Shown: positions 9,812 to 19,845 of the stretch, piece by piece
Layout of the letters: each line of letters begins with the position of its first letter
Numbering within the stretch: the first letter of the stretch is position 1
Source of the DNA: Methanobacteriota archaeon
Lineage (GTDB): Archaea > Thermoplasmatota > Poseidoniia > Poseidoniales > Poseidoniaceae
Assembly (NCBI GenBank): GCA_002722615.1
Contig: PBMQ01000015.1
Span: 47,960-110,250 of the forward strand
Direction: 5' to 3'
DNA length: 62,291 nucleotides
Notes under the pieces: model-generated
Told to the model about the DNA's origin: nothing
The model's input: the letters and a program-made list of their open reading frames with translations, nothing else
Databases searched by the model: none
Made by a program: the position numbers and the translations under genes

Positions 9812-11806
9812 GTGATGGTGCTCACAAATCTACCCGGTATTGGCGAACGTTTGATGAAACGATTGGATGACCACTTTGGTGGACGCCGTGAATTACTCAA
9901 GACCTTAGAATCGGGAGATATCTCTCGAATCGCTGAGGTAGAAGGCATCTCTATCAAGCGAGCTCTTTCTCTTGCACGAGAATACAATGGTGCAGAAGCC
10001 ACATTCCTTGCAACGCCTGAGGCTGAAAAATTGCATGGACAGTTGATCTCTTCAATGCAAACATTCGCATCGAACGCTGCGAGTTCCTCACGAATGCAAA
10101 TGCTCATGCCACTTCATCAAATCGATGAACGGCGAGAGCGTTGTAAGCAAATGATGAGCTTCGCAACCGAGGCCCCAGAAGCCTTTGCGCATTTACGGAC
10201 GCTGTTCAGAAATTTGAGCTACACACGCCGTCCAACGCAGCGATACGAACGTGTAATCGTAAGCCAACAAGAGCATCCAGAATGGAATCAATATGTCAGA
10301 ATTTTAACACCGAGTAGCCAAGAATCATGGAAAGATTACACCGTTTTCAAGACCGTGACGTGGGTTGGTAAACACGGGCCAGAAGATGTACCTCCGGGAT
10401 GGCTGGTCTTACCAGAAGCAGGTCGCTCTGATGTCATGGTTCCCGAGTATACCCTTGATTGGTTTACAAACAATCGAAAGGCATTGAAAGTAATTCTCGA
10501 CTTAATGCAATGGAAAAACGAAGGAAAGAACGCCATCCATTCGACTCTCAACATCATCTTTGATGAGACCAAAGGACTTGACCAATTGACCACAGTGTTC
10601 GCCATGATGAGTGATTCGGGCGATGTTGAAACAATGGAAGAAATTCGAGATGGATTGTGGAACATGGCCAAGCGTCTCGAGGAAGATCTCAATCAACGCA
10701 TCTCCTCTGGAATGGAAACTGCTTCCCTCGATCTGACAGGCTCAGATATGCTCGAGGCATTAGCCGATGCGGCAACATTTCAGAGAAAACTAACTTCTGC
10801 CACCGAAGATGTCATCACTGACATTCTTGAGCAAGGAAGAAATGTACTTTCACAGTATCTTGAGCCATGTGGTTTGCAGGCACCGTTTGATCTTTACGCG
10901 TCCAATTGGCCTGTGAAACTCAACCGAGGTGTTCTGGATAAAATCAACGATGAACTCGAACGACGAATCAACGACTGTCGAAACGATCATCTCCTCCGGC
11001 TGGCTACCAAACTTGCTGATTTGAAACCGCTATGTGAAACGGCAATCCAACGTCTCATTGAACATGACATGTGGTACAGTATCACAGCATGGGCTATGCA
11101 CCACAATGCACAATTGCCTGAATTGGTGCATCACGGAATATGGTTTGAAGAGGGACGACATCTGTTCATCGATGGAGAGGTTCAGCCGGTCAATTATGGA
11201 TTAGGGCTCGCAGCGCCCAAGGGTGACCGGCAACCGATTGCTTTGCTTACAGGAGCAAACAGCGGAGGTAAAACCACACTCCTCGAGTTGGTAGCGCATG
11301 TCACGATTCTTGCTCACATGGGACTACCAGTACCTGCTCAACATGCCTTTATCGGCCGTGTCGAAGCGTTGCATGTTCTTGCGAAATCGAGTGGAACTCA
11401 AAGCGCAGGGGCTCTCGAAACGACCTTGGTTGATTTGGCTCAAGTCGTCAGTAACACCCAACCAAAACTCATTCTTGCGGATGAACTTGAAGCAATTACT
11501 GAGCCTGGTGCAGGCGCCCGAATCATCGCAGGAATGCTGCGAGCAGCACAACAACAGGCCAACTCTAGTATGGTATTGGTGACACATCTTGCACCTGCCA
11601 TTCTTGAGGCATACGGTAGCGATGACCTACGAATCGATGGTATTGAAGCAAAAGGTCTTGATGAGCACTTGGAACTCATTGTCGACAGAACACCGAAGAG
11701 AAACTGCTTGGCTCGTTCAACACCAGAATTGATCGTACGTCGTTTGGTTGAACGTTCCTCGGGTGATGCGAAGGATGTCTTTAGCGACATCCTCTCATTG
11801 TTCTAA
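9812..11806 (+). CDS. MutS2-like ATPase with N-terminal helix-hairpin-helix and no Smr domain
   Basis: 664 aa. HhH-like LTNLPGIGERLMKRL and VEGISIKRALSLA at the N-terminus. MutS domain V has Walker A GANSGGKTT and Walker B LILADELEAITEP. The start could be GTG 9812 or ATG 9815. Confidence 0.75.
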   Translation: MMVLTNLPGIGERLMKRLDDHFGGRRELLKTLESGDISRIAEVEGISIKRALSLAREYNGAEATFLATPEAEKLHGQLISSMQTFASNAASSSRMQMLMPLHQIDERRERCKQMMSFATEAPEAFAHLRTLFRNLSYTRRPTQRYERVIVSQQEHPEWNQYVRILTPSSQESWKDYTVFKTVTWVGKHGPEDVPPGWLVLPEAGRSDVMVPEYTLDWFTNNRKALKVILDLMQWKNEGKNAIHSTLNIIFDETKGLDQLTTVFAMMSDSGDVETMEEIRDGLWNMAKRLEEDLNQRISSGMETASLDLTGSDMLEALADAATFQRKLTSATEDVITDILEQGRNVLSQYLEPCGLQAPFDLYASNWPVKLNRGVLDKINDELERRINDCRNDHLLRLATKLADLKPLCETAIQRLIEHDMWYSITAWAMHHNAQLPELVHHGIWFEEGRHLFIDGEVQPVNYGLGLAAPKGDRQPIALLTGANSGGKTTLLELVAHVTILAHMGLPVPAQHAFIGRVEALHVLAKSSGTQSAGALETTLVDLAQVVSNTQPKLILADELEAITEPGAGARIIAGMLRAAQQQANSSMVLVTHLAPAILEAYGSDDLRIDGIEAKGLDEHLELIVDRTPKRNCLARSTPELIVRRLVERSSGDAKDVFSDILSLF

Positions 11807-11808
11807 AA

Positions 11809-13608
11809 TCAACACTGACGCCCTGCTTCGCTCGAATAATCAAGCATTGGTGCTTGGAACAAAACATCGCATGGTCGCTCAATTGTCGGAAGCGTAAGTG
11901 TGCTTTGAGACCAATCGATTGTCACTCCACCTGAAGCACCAGGAGATGGTACGTAATCTTCCCCTGTTTGGGTCACAGTGAGAATAATTCCTTCCCCTTC
12001 TTGGAGCACGACGTCCATTGGCATGAATTCCATCAAAGCGTTGACCGATACAAACGGAGCAAGTACTTCTTGCCCATCTCTGCCGCCTGCATGGAAGCGG
12101 AGGTCCATGACTGCATGACCAAGATGCATTCCAGTCCCATCTGTCATCTCAATGAAAAGATGACCGCCGGTCAGCCCTGGTGTCGCATCGATGTGGAACG
12201 TAGGCATACCGATGATTCGTGTTTCTTCTTCGAATGGCCCGTAACTGAGTGTAACTGAACTCGTTGCAGATACTGTTGATCCTGTTGGACCGAGATCACT
12301 TCCAACCAAGACGATATTCTCGACATCCATTGGAGGATAGGTCTGCTCAAATCGCCATCCACCACGGTTGTCTTGCATTTCGACTCCAAGTGTTGGAGCA
12401 CGTCCTTCTCCTTTCAGATACCAATCAAACCAGTAGAGCATTTCATCGGCCCAGTCCCAGCGTAGCGTGTAGGGATATGCTTCAGCACCACGTCCTGCAC
12501 TTTGAGAAGAGTGACCTTCGACGCGGTCAGGATAATCGTGAGCCCACTGGCCTGCAAGTGTTTTGATTTCTATACCTGCATCTGCAACCTGTTGATGCAC
12601 TGGGAATGACATGTGTGGGTCGACATTCCAATCTTGCATTCCTTGAATTAAGTAGACTGAACCGTTGTAATTCTGGAGAACTCGATCGAGGAATGATCGT
12701 TCCGTCCAATAAGTGTTACCAGCATAGTCTACCATGCCACCGCTTAAGTAGGCAGCGGGTCCATTTGCATAGCCTTGAATGTAACCTTCACAGAGTGTGT
12801 GACTGTCTTCTGAGTCACCATCGATACCGAAGGATCCATACACACCGTTGTGCATGATCATCCCGCGAGCTTCCATGCTACCATTGCGCCACATCAACTC
12901 ATGGACTCCAATCAATCCAGACATTGGAACAATGGTTGCGAGATGAGGATTTCCAAACGTGGCCGCTTGCCATGGAGTCGATCCATCGTAGGATTTCCCG
13001 ATAATACCAACATTTCCATTTGACCAAGATTGAGTTCCAAGCCAAGTGACTGCTGCATCGATTCCTCGCTGTTCATCAGTCCCCATCAGATCCATGCAAT
13101 GGTTGGATTCACCTGTCCCAAAGACAGACACTTGAGCCACGCCGTATCCATGTGGCACATAATTTTCAATCAACATTCGACCCAACCGATTGGCTGGCGT
13201 TAGGGCATCAACGTCGCCGTCGCTGTAATATGGACCTATTTCTGCGATGACAGGTACTTGACAGTCCTCTGTCAAATTTTCCGCAGAGGTATAGTCGCAT
13301 CCTTCGATGACAGGCAGCCAAAGGCCAAGGTGCACCTCTGCCCCTCCTGCTGCACCTGCTCCACCATCTGCGAGCGTGATGCTCGGCACAGGTACGAAAA
13401 CCGATTGCACTGTCCCCACATCATACGTTCCGTTGGTGGTCACTCGGGAAAAGACGTCTGAATCGTCATATTGAAGTCCGGAGCGTTCCCATGGTTCAGG
13501 ATAATCGTTCTCGCCGATCTCTTCTGAATTGTTTTGAAGATCTTCCCCAAAACAGCCCGAGAGCAAGGATGGGAGAAGGAAAATCAACAACAACGAGATA
13601 CTTCGCAT
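11809..13608 (-). CDS. Secreted CocE/NonD-family (S15 X-Pro dipeptidyl-peptidase-like) alpha/beta hydrolase
   Basis: 599 aa. Lipobox-like leader [23 protein letters not shown]. The nucleophile elbow is [12 protein letters not shown] (GxSYxG). Confidence 0.7.
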   Translation of the reverse strand: MRSISLLLIFLLPSLLSGCFGEDLQNNSEEIGENDYPEPWERSGLQYDDSDVFSRVTTNGTYDVGTVQSVFVPVPSITLADGGAGAAGGAEVHLGLWLPVIEGCDYTSAENLTEDCQVPVIAEIGPYYSDGDVDALTPANRLGRMLIENYVPHGYGVAQVSVFGTGESNHCMDLMGTDEQRGIDAAVTWLGTQSWSNGNVGIIGKSYDGSTPWQAATFGNPHLATIVPMSGLIGVHELMWRNGSMEARGMIMHNGVYGSFGIDGDSEDSHTLCEGYIQGYANGPAAYLSGGMVDYAGNTYWTERSFLDRVLQNYNGSVYLIQGMQDWNVDPHMSFPVHQQVADAGIEIKTLAGQWAHDYPDRVEGHSSQSAGRGAEAYPYTLRWDWADEMLYWFDWYLKGEGRAPTLGVEMQDNRGGWRFEQTYPPMDVENIVLVGSDLGPTGSTVSATSSVTLSYGPFEEETRIIGMPTFHIDATPGLTGGHLFIEMTDGTGMHLGHAVMDLRFHAGGRDGQEVLAPFVSVNALMEFMPMDVVLQEGEGIILTVTQTGEDYVPSPGASGGVTIDWSQSTLTLPTIERPCDVLFQAPMLDYSSEAGRQC

Positions 13609-13629
13609 TGATTCACCCGTTTCAAATCC

Positions 13630-13637
13630 AACATATG
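13630..13637 (-). promoter_or_regulatory. TATA-like CATATGTT 21 nt upstream of the CocE/NonD-like gene ATG 13608
   Basis: Its position fits the same 21-22 nt rule. Confidence 0.3.
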
Positions 13638-13649
13638 ACGCTTTTCGCC

Positions 13650-14024
13650 TTATGCTGATTCTCGGGATTCACGAGATTCAAGTTCTGCACGAACTTCATC
13701 CATATCCAAACCCTTGAGTTTGGTGATTAAATCACGTAAGGCGTCCTCGGGGAGGGCACCTGGTTGCATGAAGACACCGATTCCATCCTTGAAGGCTATC
13801 GTGGTCGGAATCGAACGAATTCCAAACGAGCCTGCAAGGGCTTGTTCAACTTCAGTGTCGACCTTGGCGAAGACAACATCAGTAAATTCTTCTGAAACTC
13901 GTTCGAAGACTGGTGCATACGCTCGACAAGGACCGCACCATTCGGCCCAAAAATCAATGATAACGAGGTCGTTTCCTTCAATGATATCAGAAAATGACGA
14001 CTCGTGCATTTCTACTGTTGGCAT
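13650..14024 (-). CDS. trxA: Thioredoxin
   Basis: 124 aa. The active site is [13 protein letters not shown]. Confidence 0.9.
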   Translation of the reverse strand: MPTVEMHESSFSDIIEGNDLVIIDFWAEWCGPCRAYAPVFERVSEEFTDVVFAKVDTEVEQALAGSFGIRSIPTTIAFKDGIGVFMQPGALPEDALRDLITKLKGLDMDEVRAELESRESRESA

Positions 14025-14045
14025 AGGTCGTCCTACGGGTCACAG

Positions 14046-14053
14046 TATATGTG
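14046..14053 (-). promoter_or_regulatory. TATA-like CACATATA 21 nt upstream of the trxA ATG 14024
   Basis: Both its position and its A/T-rich core fit the leaderless geometry. Confidence 0.35.
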
Positions 14054-14087
14054 CCCATGCATTTGACCAAAGTTCTGCATCGACGGG

Positions 14088-14095
14088 TTGATGTG
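14088..14095 (+). promoter_or_regulatory. TTGATGTG octamer 21 nt upstream of ATG 14117
   Basis: It has the same octamer and spacing class as 46951..46958. Confidence 0.4.
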
Positions 14096-14116
14096 CTCTA
14101 TGAACGAGGGGGGAAC

Positions 14117-16645
14117 ATGAGCAGACTGTTGACATTGGTCTCCGTTTTTCTTCTTCTAAGCGTACTCGTCATCCCGCAAGGGGTTTCTGAAGAGTCAACA
14201 AGTGACAATGCATCCGAACCTTCAATCATAATTTCAGAATTGCTACCCTCTCCAAATGGCATGAAAAACAACGAAACATGTTCCAATTGTTACAATGCCA
14301 CGGATTGGAACGGGGATGGAGATTATGGGAAGTTTTCCGATCAATTCATCGAACTCCACAACCCTACCGATAGCCCAATCAACATTTCGAATTGGGTTTT
14401 GGACGATATTGCAGACGGTGGAAGTGCTCCTTGTCAATTGGCCAGAAACACGATCATTCAACCAGGAGGTTATGTTTCTGTCTTCATCAACGCTTCGCGA
14501 ATAGAATTGGATTATTACGATGGTGATACCGTTAATCTCTATGACGATTCTGGAACACTTATCGATGCAATGTCGTATCCATCACGAGATGCGTGGTATG
14601 GAAATTCCTACATCACTCTTGAGAACGGTACCTTGTGGAAAGTGAAACCTCCAACTCCGGGTTACTCCGAAGACGAATCATTTGGCATGGCTCAAAACAT
14701 GATAGGATGCTTTGGGATTAGCGATGGAGGCTTTGTTGAATCCATGCTGCTCAAAGGTCGTGTTGTGACCATGAATACCGAAGACGCAGTCATCAACGAT
14801 GGCCATGTGTTGGTTCGTGATGGGAAAATAGACGCTGTTTGGTCAGGACAAAACATCCCACAAAACGTCGACCTCACAGGCGTACCAGTCGTTGAAACGA
14901 ACGGTACAATTTACCCAGGATTGATCGACACACACAATCATATGCATTACAACCATATTCCTCTTTGGGATTTTGAAGTACACACTTCCGTGAAATCTGA
15001 AGAAGGTGGCTACTCAAACCGTAACCAGTGGAAGAACAATCCAAACTACAAACGCGACATCTCATGGATGAAGACATTTGTTCAGACATCCTCTATGTGG
15101 AACATGGCAGATCAACAAATGAAGTATGCCGAAGTTATGGCAGTTGCAGGTGGTGTCACTGCTGTCCAAGGGTCTCCATCCAGCAACACAGATGCATGGG
15201 ACAGCATGCTCTCAAGAAACATCGAGTTGTACAATTTCGGAGGCGATGGAATCCATACTAAGGTTACTACCCTTGAATCCGACTACACCGGAAGCCATAT
15301 CACATCTGGAAATGCCAGTGGAAGTCTCAACGCATGGTATCTTCATCTTTCTGAAGGTGTTGATGAATCCAGTCGTGCCGAATTTGACATCCTTGTTCAG
15401 AACAACCTTCTCGTTGGCGAATTGGTTGTTGTTCATGGAACGGCATTGACATCTACGGAATTCGAAATGATGGGTGCAGTTGGTGCTGATCTCGCATGGT
15501 CGCCACTATCCAACTTGCTGCTCTATGGTGACACGACAGATGTTGTCGCTGCAGACCAAGCTGGCGTCCGCATCTCACTTGCACCTGACTGGGGTCCAAG
15601 TGGTTCCAAGAATGTACTTCACGAACTGAAAGTTGCAGATCTTTGGAACAGCAACAATCTCGATTCTTACTTTTCAGATTACGATCTTGCTGCAATGGTT
15701 ACGAAAAATCCTGCATTAGGGAACAACTGGGATGATTCAGTAGGAACCATCAATGCTGGATTGTACGCAGATTTGGTTGTAATCGATACCTTCCATCAAG
15801 ACCCTTATCGAAACCTTATCGAGGCTATTGACGCTGACGTACGCCTCACAATCGTAAACGGCCAGCCTGTGTTCGGTGATGTTGACTTAATGTCCGAACT
15901 CAAAGGAAACGACTGGGAGTTGGTCGAGGGGCCAGGGTTCAACAAAGCGGTTGATGTGACCGACCGTTCAGTCACAGAAGGCACCCAATCATGGGCAAGT
16001 ATACTTGCTGACATGGAGATGGCAATGGAACTCAATCCCGATGACATTGCTGCTACTTGGTCATCGAGTACAAGCAGTTATTCAAACATGCAAGGAAATG
16101 ATCTCAACAACATCTTCACAACAGGAGATTCACGACATTTCGGCATCATCACAGGTTCTGCTCACGCAAATACACACATCAATTTGGATCAATTGGAGGA
16201 CTACTACGAAATTCCAATGGAAAACGGCGACCGTACCGGAGTCAACGTCGTTCTTGAACCACAGGACAACACAGGTGGTTCGACTACCAACCCAACAGAT
16301 GAAACTCCAACCAATACGACCGACCCTGAGGAGACCAACGATGATGACTCTGGAGACGAGTCTGGCAGAGATTCTGAGTGCCCGCCAAATTGTATTCTTG
16401 GCGAGGATGTCGAAGATGCTTCATCAGATGAGTCGTCCCTGTTTGGCGCAAAATCTCTTCTCGCTGGAATCGTGATTGTACTTCTGGTTGCGATTGGATT
16501 ATTGACACGAAATGTCGAAGGTGACGATGAAAGCATGGATGCTGATCAAACAATAATTATCGAAAAGGAATGGCAGGAAGAGACCAAACAATTTGTTCCT
16601 GAACTGCCACCACTCGCTCCTCCGCCTTCTTCAGAAGAAGAGTGA
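14117..16645 (+). CDS. Membrane-anchored extracellular lamin-tail-domain (LTD) / metal-dependent amidohydrolase fusion
   Basis: The ORF track starts at 14051. I prefer ATG 14117 (MSRLLTLVSVFLLLSVLVIPQG signal peptide). LTD signature IIISELLPSPNG...FIELHNPTDSPINISNWVLDD. Amidohydrolase HxH motif PGLIDTHNHMHYNH. This is followed by a Thr/Asp/Glu-rich stalk, one TM (LLAGIVIVLLVAIGLL) and a 46-aa acidic Pro-rich tail. Confidence 0.75.
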   Translation: MSRLLTLVSVFLLLSVLVIPQGVSEESTSDNASEPSIIISELLPSPNGMKNNETCSNCYNATDWNGDGDYGKFSDQFIELHNPTDSPINISNWVLDDIADGGSAPCQLARNTIIQPGGYVSVFINASRIELDYYDGDTVNLYDDSGTLIDAMSYPSRDAWYGNSYITLENGTLWKVKPPTPGYSEDESFGMAQNMIGCFGISDGGFVESMLLKGRVVTMNTEDAVINDGHVLVRDGKIDAVWSGQNIPQNVDLTGVPVVETNGTIYPGLIDTHNHMHYNHIPLWDFEVHTSVKSEEGGYSNRNQWKNNPNYKRDISWMKTFVQTSSMWNMADQQMKYAEVMAVAGGVTAVQGSPSSNTDAWDSMLSRNIELYNFGGDGIHTKVTTLESDYTGSHITSGNASGSLNAWYLHLSEGVDESSRAEFDILVQNNLLVGELVVVHGTALTSTEFEMMGAVGADLAWSPLSNLLLYGDTTDVVAADQAGVRISLAPDWGPSGSKNVLHELKVADLWNSNNLDSYFSDYDLAAMVTKNPALGNNWDDSVGTINAGLYADLVVIDTFHQDPYRNLIEAIDADVRLTIVNGQPVFGDVDLMSELKGNDWELVEGPGFNKAVDVTDRSVTEGTQSWASILADMEMAMELNPDDIAATWSSSTSSYSNMQGNDLNNIFTTGDSRHFGIITGSAHANTHINLDQLEDYYEIPMENGDRTGVNVVLEPQDNTGGSTTNPTDETPTNTTDPEETNDDDSGDESGRDSECPPNCILGEDVEDASSDESSLFGAKSLLAGIVIVLLVAIGLLTRNVEGDDESMDADQTIIIEKEWQEETKQFVPELPPLAPPPSSEEE

Positions 16646-18133
16646 TTATTGCAAATCCCAAACGGGACCGTCTGCAGTGTCGGTGACGACGACTCCGAGT
16701 TCATTGAGTTGGTCACGAATTGCATCCGCTCGTCCCCAGTCCTTGTTTGACCGAGCATCACTTCGCTCGATGAGTAAAGCCTCGACTCGGTCAGCAATCT
16801 CTGCCTTTCGCGGGTCCTCTTCTGGTTCTGCGAGCATGACCTCGGGAGAAGGAAGAATACCAAGGATATCCCCTGCAGTTTCCTCAAGCCAACCTTTTGC
16901 ATACGTTGCAATGGCTCTTTTGTCTTCCTCATCAGAACCGAGTGTCATCAAGTGTTGAAGTTGCTTTGTTGCAGCGAGTACTTTTGCTACAGCTTCACGG
17001 CTATTGAAATCATCATCCATTGCTTGAGCGAAGCCCTCAGCAAGTCGCTCGAGGAGACCAAGCGACTTCACCAATGGGTCTGCACTCGCAATATCGGGAG
17101 AAGGAAGTGTGTGTTGTCTGCCCTCTGTGGCCATCCTCAAAGCGGCTTCGTAAACTTGGAGAATACGGGCATGATTACGTTGAGCATCGTTGAGGAGTTG
17201 CTCATTCATATCAATCGGTGAACGGTAGTGGGCATTGACAAGGGCTAAACGAAGAACCAATGGGTCGACCTTCTGTATGATGTCCCGGATGGTCCAAAAA
17301 TTCCCAAGTGATTTGCTCATCTTTTCTCCATCAATGTTGACAAAACCGTTGTGCAACCAATACCCTGCAAGGGGAGCATGTCCTGTATGACATTCACTCT
17401 GAAAAATTTCTGCTTCGTGGTGAGGGAAGCGCAAATCATGCCCTCCACCGTGTATGTCGAATGAAGTCCCAAAGTGATCAAGGCTCATTGCACTACATTC
17501 AATGTGCCAACCTGGGCGACCTTCCCCCCATGGCGATGGCCAAGTGGGTTCTCCTGGTTTGGCCTGTTTCCACAAGGCGAAATCCTTGTGATCACGCTTC
17601 CCACCCCCAGTTTTGTCAACACGACCACCAGCGCCTTGGCGTACAGCATCGATGGATTGACCAGTCAATTGGCCGTATTTCTCAGGAGCTGAATCAACAT
17701 GAAAGTACACACCATCGTTTGCAACATATGCATGCCCTTTCTCGATTAAATCCTCAATGATGTGAATCATGGAGTCAACATATTCGGTACATCGGGGATA
17801 GTGGTCAGCCCGCAGGATGTTGAGGGCGTCCATATCTTCGTAGTACGTTGCAATGTTTCGGTCGACGATTTCTTTCCAATCCTCACCGGATTCTATTGAA
17901 CGAATTATGATCTTATCATCGATGTCTGTGAAATTTTGCACATAATCCACATCATACCCGGATGCTTCAAGCCAGCGATGAACCAAATCAAAGGCGATGT
18001 AACAACGTGCGTGACCAAGATGGCAATGGTCGTAAACTGTTACACCGCAGACGTACATCGAGACTCTTCCAGGAGATTGTGTTGAAAACTCAACCTTTTC
18101 TCGTCTACGGGTATCGTGCACTCGTAATGGCAT
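16646..18133 (-). CDS. cysS: Cysteinyl-tRNA synthetase
   Basis: HIGH region [15 protein letters not shown] and KMSKS loop EKMSKSLGN. The ORF track starts at GTG 18145. ATG 18133 gives [16 protein letters not shown], which looks like a typical CysRS N-terminus. Confidence 0.95.
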   Translation of the reverse strand: MPLRVHDTRRREKVEFSTQSPGRVSMYVCGVTVYDHCHLGHARCYIAFDLVHRWLEASGYDVDYVQNFTDIDDKIIIRSIESGEDWKEIVDRNIATYYEDMDALNILRADHYPRCTEYVDSMIHIIEDLIEKGHAYVANDGVYFHVDSAPEKYGQLTGQSIDAVRQGAGGRVDKTGGGKRDHKDFALWKQAKPGEPTWPSPWGEGRPGWHIECSAMSLDHFGTSFDIHGGGHDLRFPHHEAEIFQSECHTGHAPLAGYWLHNGFVNIDGEKMSKSLGNFWTIRDIIQKVDPLVLRLALVNAHYRSPIDMNEQLLNDAQRNHARILQVYEAALRMATEGRQHTLPSPDIASADPLVKSLGLLERLAEGFAQAMDDDFNSREAVAKVLAATKQLQHLMTLGSDEEDKRAIATYAKGWLEETAGDILGILPSPEVMLAEPEEDPRKAEIADRVEALLIERSDARSNKDWGRADAIRDQLNELGVVVTDTADGPVWDLQ

Positions 18134-18161
18134 GTGAACGAACACTGGGTGTGCCCACCCC

Positions 18162-18169
18162 CACTTGAA
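18162..18169. promoter_or_regulatory. Near-palindromic CACTTGAAGG / CCTTCAAGTG element between the divergent cysS and 6-TM genes
   Basis: TTCAAGTG reads toward cysS, 28 nt before ATG 18133. CTTGAAGG reads toward ATG 18196, 24 nt before it. Confidence 0.3.
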
Positions 18170-18195
18170 GGTTGATACGTAACAAGGGGCAGCGC

Positions 18196-18942
18196 ATGTT
18201 GAGACCGATGATTCAATTCAGTTCCGACAAGGGTATTGATGTTCTTGGTCGTTCAATCACAGATCGTACCTTGATTCGAACTTCGTGGATTTTACCCCTC
18301 GTCAGCGTTTTGCTTGCAACAGTCATCCACTACTTCTCAGGAAACTACAGGGATATACCCTTCTTTATTTCCGAAACGGATCATCCAGGAATTGAGGATC
18401 ATGTCTTCTCAATCGGCCTTTTTTGCTCATCAATGATTCAACTTGTGGTTTCCATTCGCCTGTATGTGTTGTTCAAGCCAATCGCATCGCCTAAATTGCA
18501 TCATATCGCATTGGCGTGTGGAATCGCTACTTCAACACACCTCTCTGTGTTGGCGTTTGTCACAATGGATCAAAATATCGAGGTCCACGTTTACACTGCA
18601 TTCATTGTATTCCATGGTGGCTTTGCCTGGGCCTTTGCCACCCATTTCTCGCTTCCAAAGTCCAATTCAAGAGGGAGGACTGTTCGGATTTATTCTCTCC
18701 TCGTTGCGCTTGTATCCCTACTCGTAATGACATTCACAATTCGAGATGGTATTCAATCGGGAGAACAGGAACTTGGCGTTGATGCATCAAATGTTGGATT
18801 GGATTATCTCCAACCTTGGGTCGTCTATGCAGCACCGGCTGAATATTTCCTCTTCTTTGGCCTCATCGCATGTTTGGCTTCATTTTCATGGGATATCCAG
18901 CATCACGCCGGCGAGATTGAGAACACGACGATCGAGAGTTGA
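18196..18942 (+). CDS. Polytopic membrane protein (about 6 TM) of unknown function
   Basis: Six hydrophobic segments. The track start is TTG 18172 and the first ATG is at 18196. There are weak Frag1/DRAM-like features (FISETDHPGIEDHVFSIGL), which are not enough for a family call. Confidence 0.5.
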   Translation: MLRPMIQFSSDKGIDVLGRSITDRTLIRTSWILPLVSVLLATVIHYFSGNYRDIPFFISETDHPGIEDHVFSIGLFCSSMIQLVVSIRLYVLFKPIASPKLHHIALACGIATSTHLSVLAFVTMDQNIEVHVYTAFIVFHGGFAWAFATHFSLPKSNSRGRTVRIYSLLVALVSLLVMTFTIRDGIQSGEQELGVDASNVGLDYLQPWVVYAAPAEYFLFFGLIACLASFSWDIQHHAGEIENTTIES

Positions 18943-19830
18943 AAGAGCGACTTCATTTGGATTGGTTCCTTTTTCTGACGACCCCTTCCATACCTTAACA
19001 ATCAACGTTCGGTGAGACAGTTTGTGTTGAATCGTTCCGAGAAAGTTCAATCCCTCTGTGTCCAATTTGACATCGTAAACCGGACCCCATAAACCTGCAA
19101 AAAGACCAGAATCGGGTCGTTGAATCAATTCAGGCCTTCCTTGAGCATCGAGTCGGACAACGCAATCCATTGAAACGTCTTTTTTGACAAGTTTTCTTGG
19201 AAGAGGGAGTTCGTGTGCTCGTTCAATCCCAAGACATGATTCTTGAATTGGACATTCAGCACAGTTTGGTTTCTTGGGTCGACAAACCAATGCTCCGAGT
19301 TCCATCATGGCTTGATTCCAGTCGCCTGGGAATTCGACTGCGAGTTGATCATCTGCAAAGATTTGAACCTCTTTTGCAGACGGATTTTCTTGATTGGTTT
19401 GACGAGCCATTACTCTGCGTATGTTCCCATCAACACATGCCACGGGTCGTGAGAATGCTATGGAAGAGACTGCTGCTGCTGTGTAAGGACCAACACCTGG
19501 AAGTTTCAGCAATTCATCATACGTATTTGGTAATATTCCACCATAGTGTTCCATCACTTCAATCGATAGATTATGAAGTCGACGTGCTCTTGAATAATAT
19601 CCCGCTCCTTGCCATAGAAACAGTACTTCGTCAACATTGGATTCTGCCATCGATTGAATGGTTGGAAATCGATTCAAGAGTTTTTGATGGTATGCGATTC
19701 CTCGTTCCATTTGGGTCTGTTGCAACAGAATTTCCGAAAGAAGGATTGACCACGGAGATGGATGTATTCTCCAAGGGAGAGGCCGTTGTATACGGCGATA
19801 CCAAGAAAGCAAGGCTCCTTGATTCATCAT
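18886..19830 (-). CDS. mutY: A/G-specific adenine DNA glycosylase
   Basis: 314 aa. LLSEILLQQTQ, HhH-GPD LPGVGPYTAAAV, VDGNIRRV, and a 4Fe-4S loop CRPKKPNCAECPIQESC (C-x6-C-x2-C-x5-C). It has a C-terminal NUDIX-like domain. Confidence 0.85.
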   Translation of the reverse strand: MMNQGALLSWYRRIQRPLPWRIHPSPWSILLSEILLQQTQMERGIAYHQKLLNRFPTIQSMAESNVDEVLFLWQGAGYYSRARRLHNLSIEVMEHYGGILPNTYDELLKLPGVGPYTAAAVSSIAFSRPVACVDGNIRRVMARQTNQENPSAKEVQIFADDQLAVEFPGDWNQAMMELGALVCRPKKPNCAECPIQESCLGIERAHELPLPRKLVKKDVSMDCVVRLDAQGRPELIQRPDSGLFAGLWGPVYDVKLDTEGLNFLGTIQHKLSHRTLIVKVWKGSSEKGTNPNEVALSTLDRRVLNLAGVMLDIP

Positions 19831-19845
19831 AACTCAACCGTTAAC

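Noticed and set aside
14051-14116. N-terminally extended starts given by the ORF track: 14051, 22967, 30780, 33283, 43138, 45082, 46912 and 53256.
   Set aside because: The extensions overlap upstream genes or promoter-like elements, add non-conserved residues before clear signal peptides or conserved N-termini, and several use GTG/TTG. Downstream ATGs were preferred, but this is unverified.
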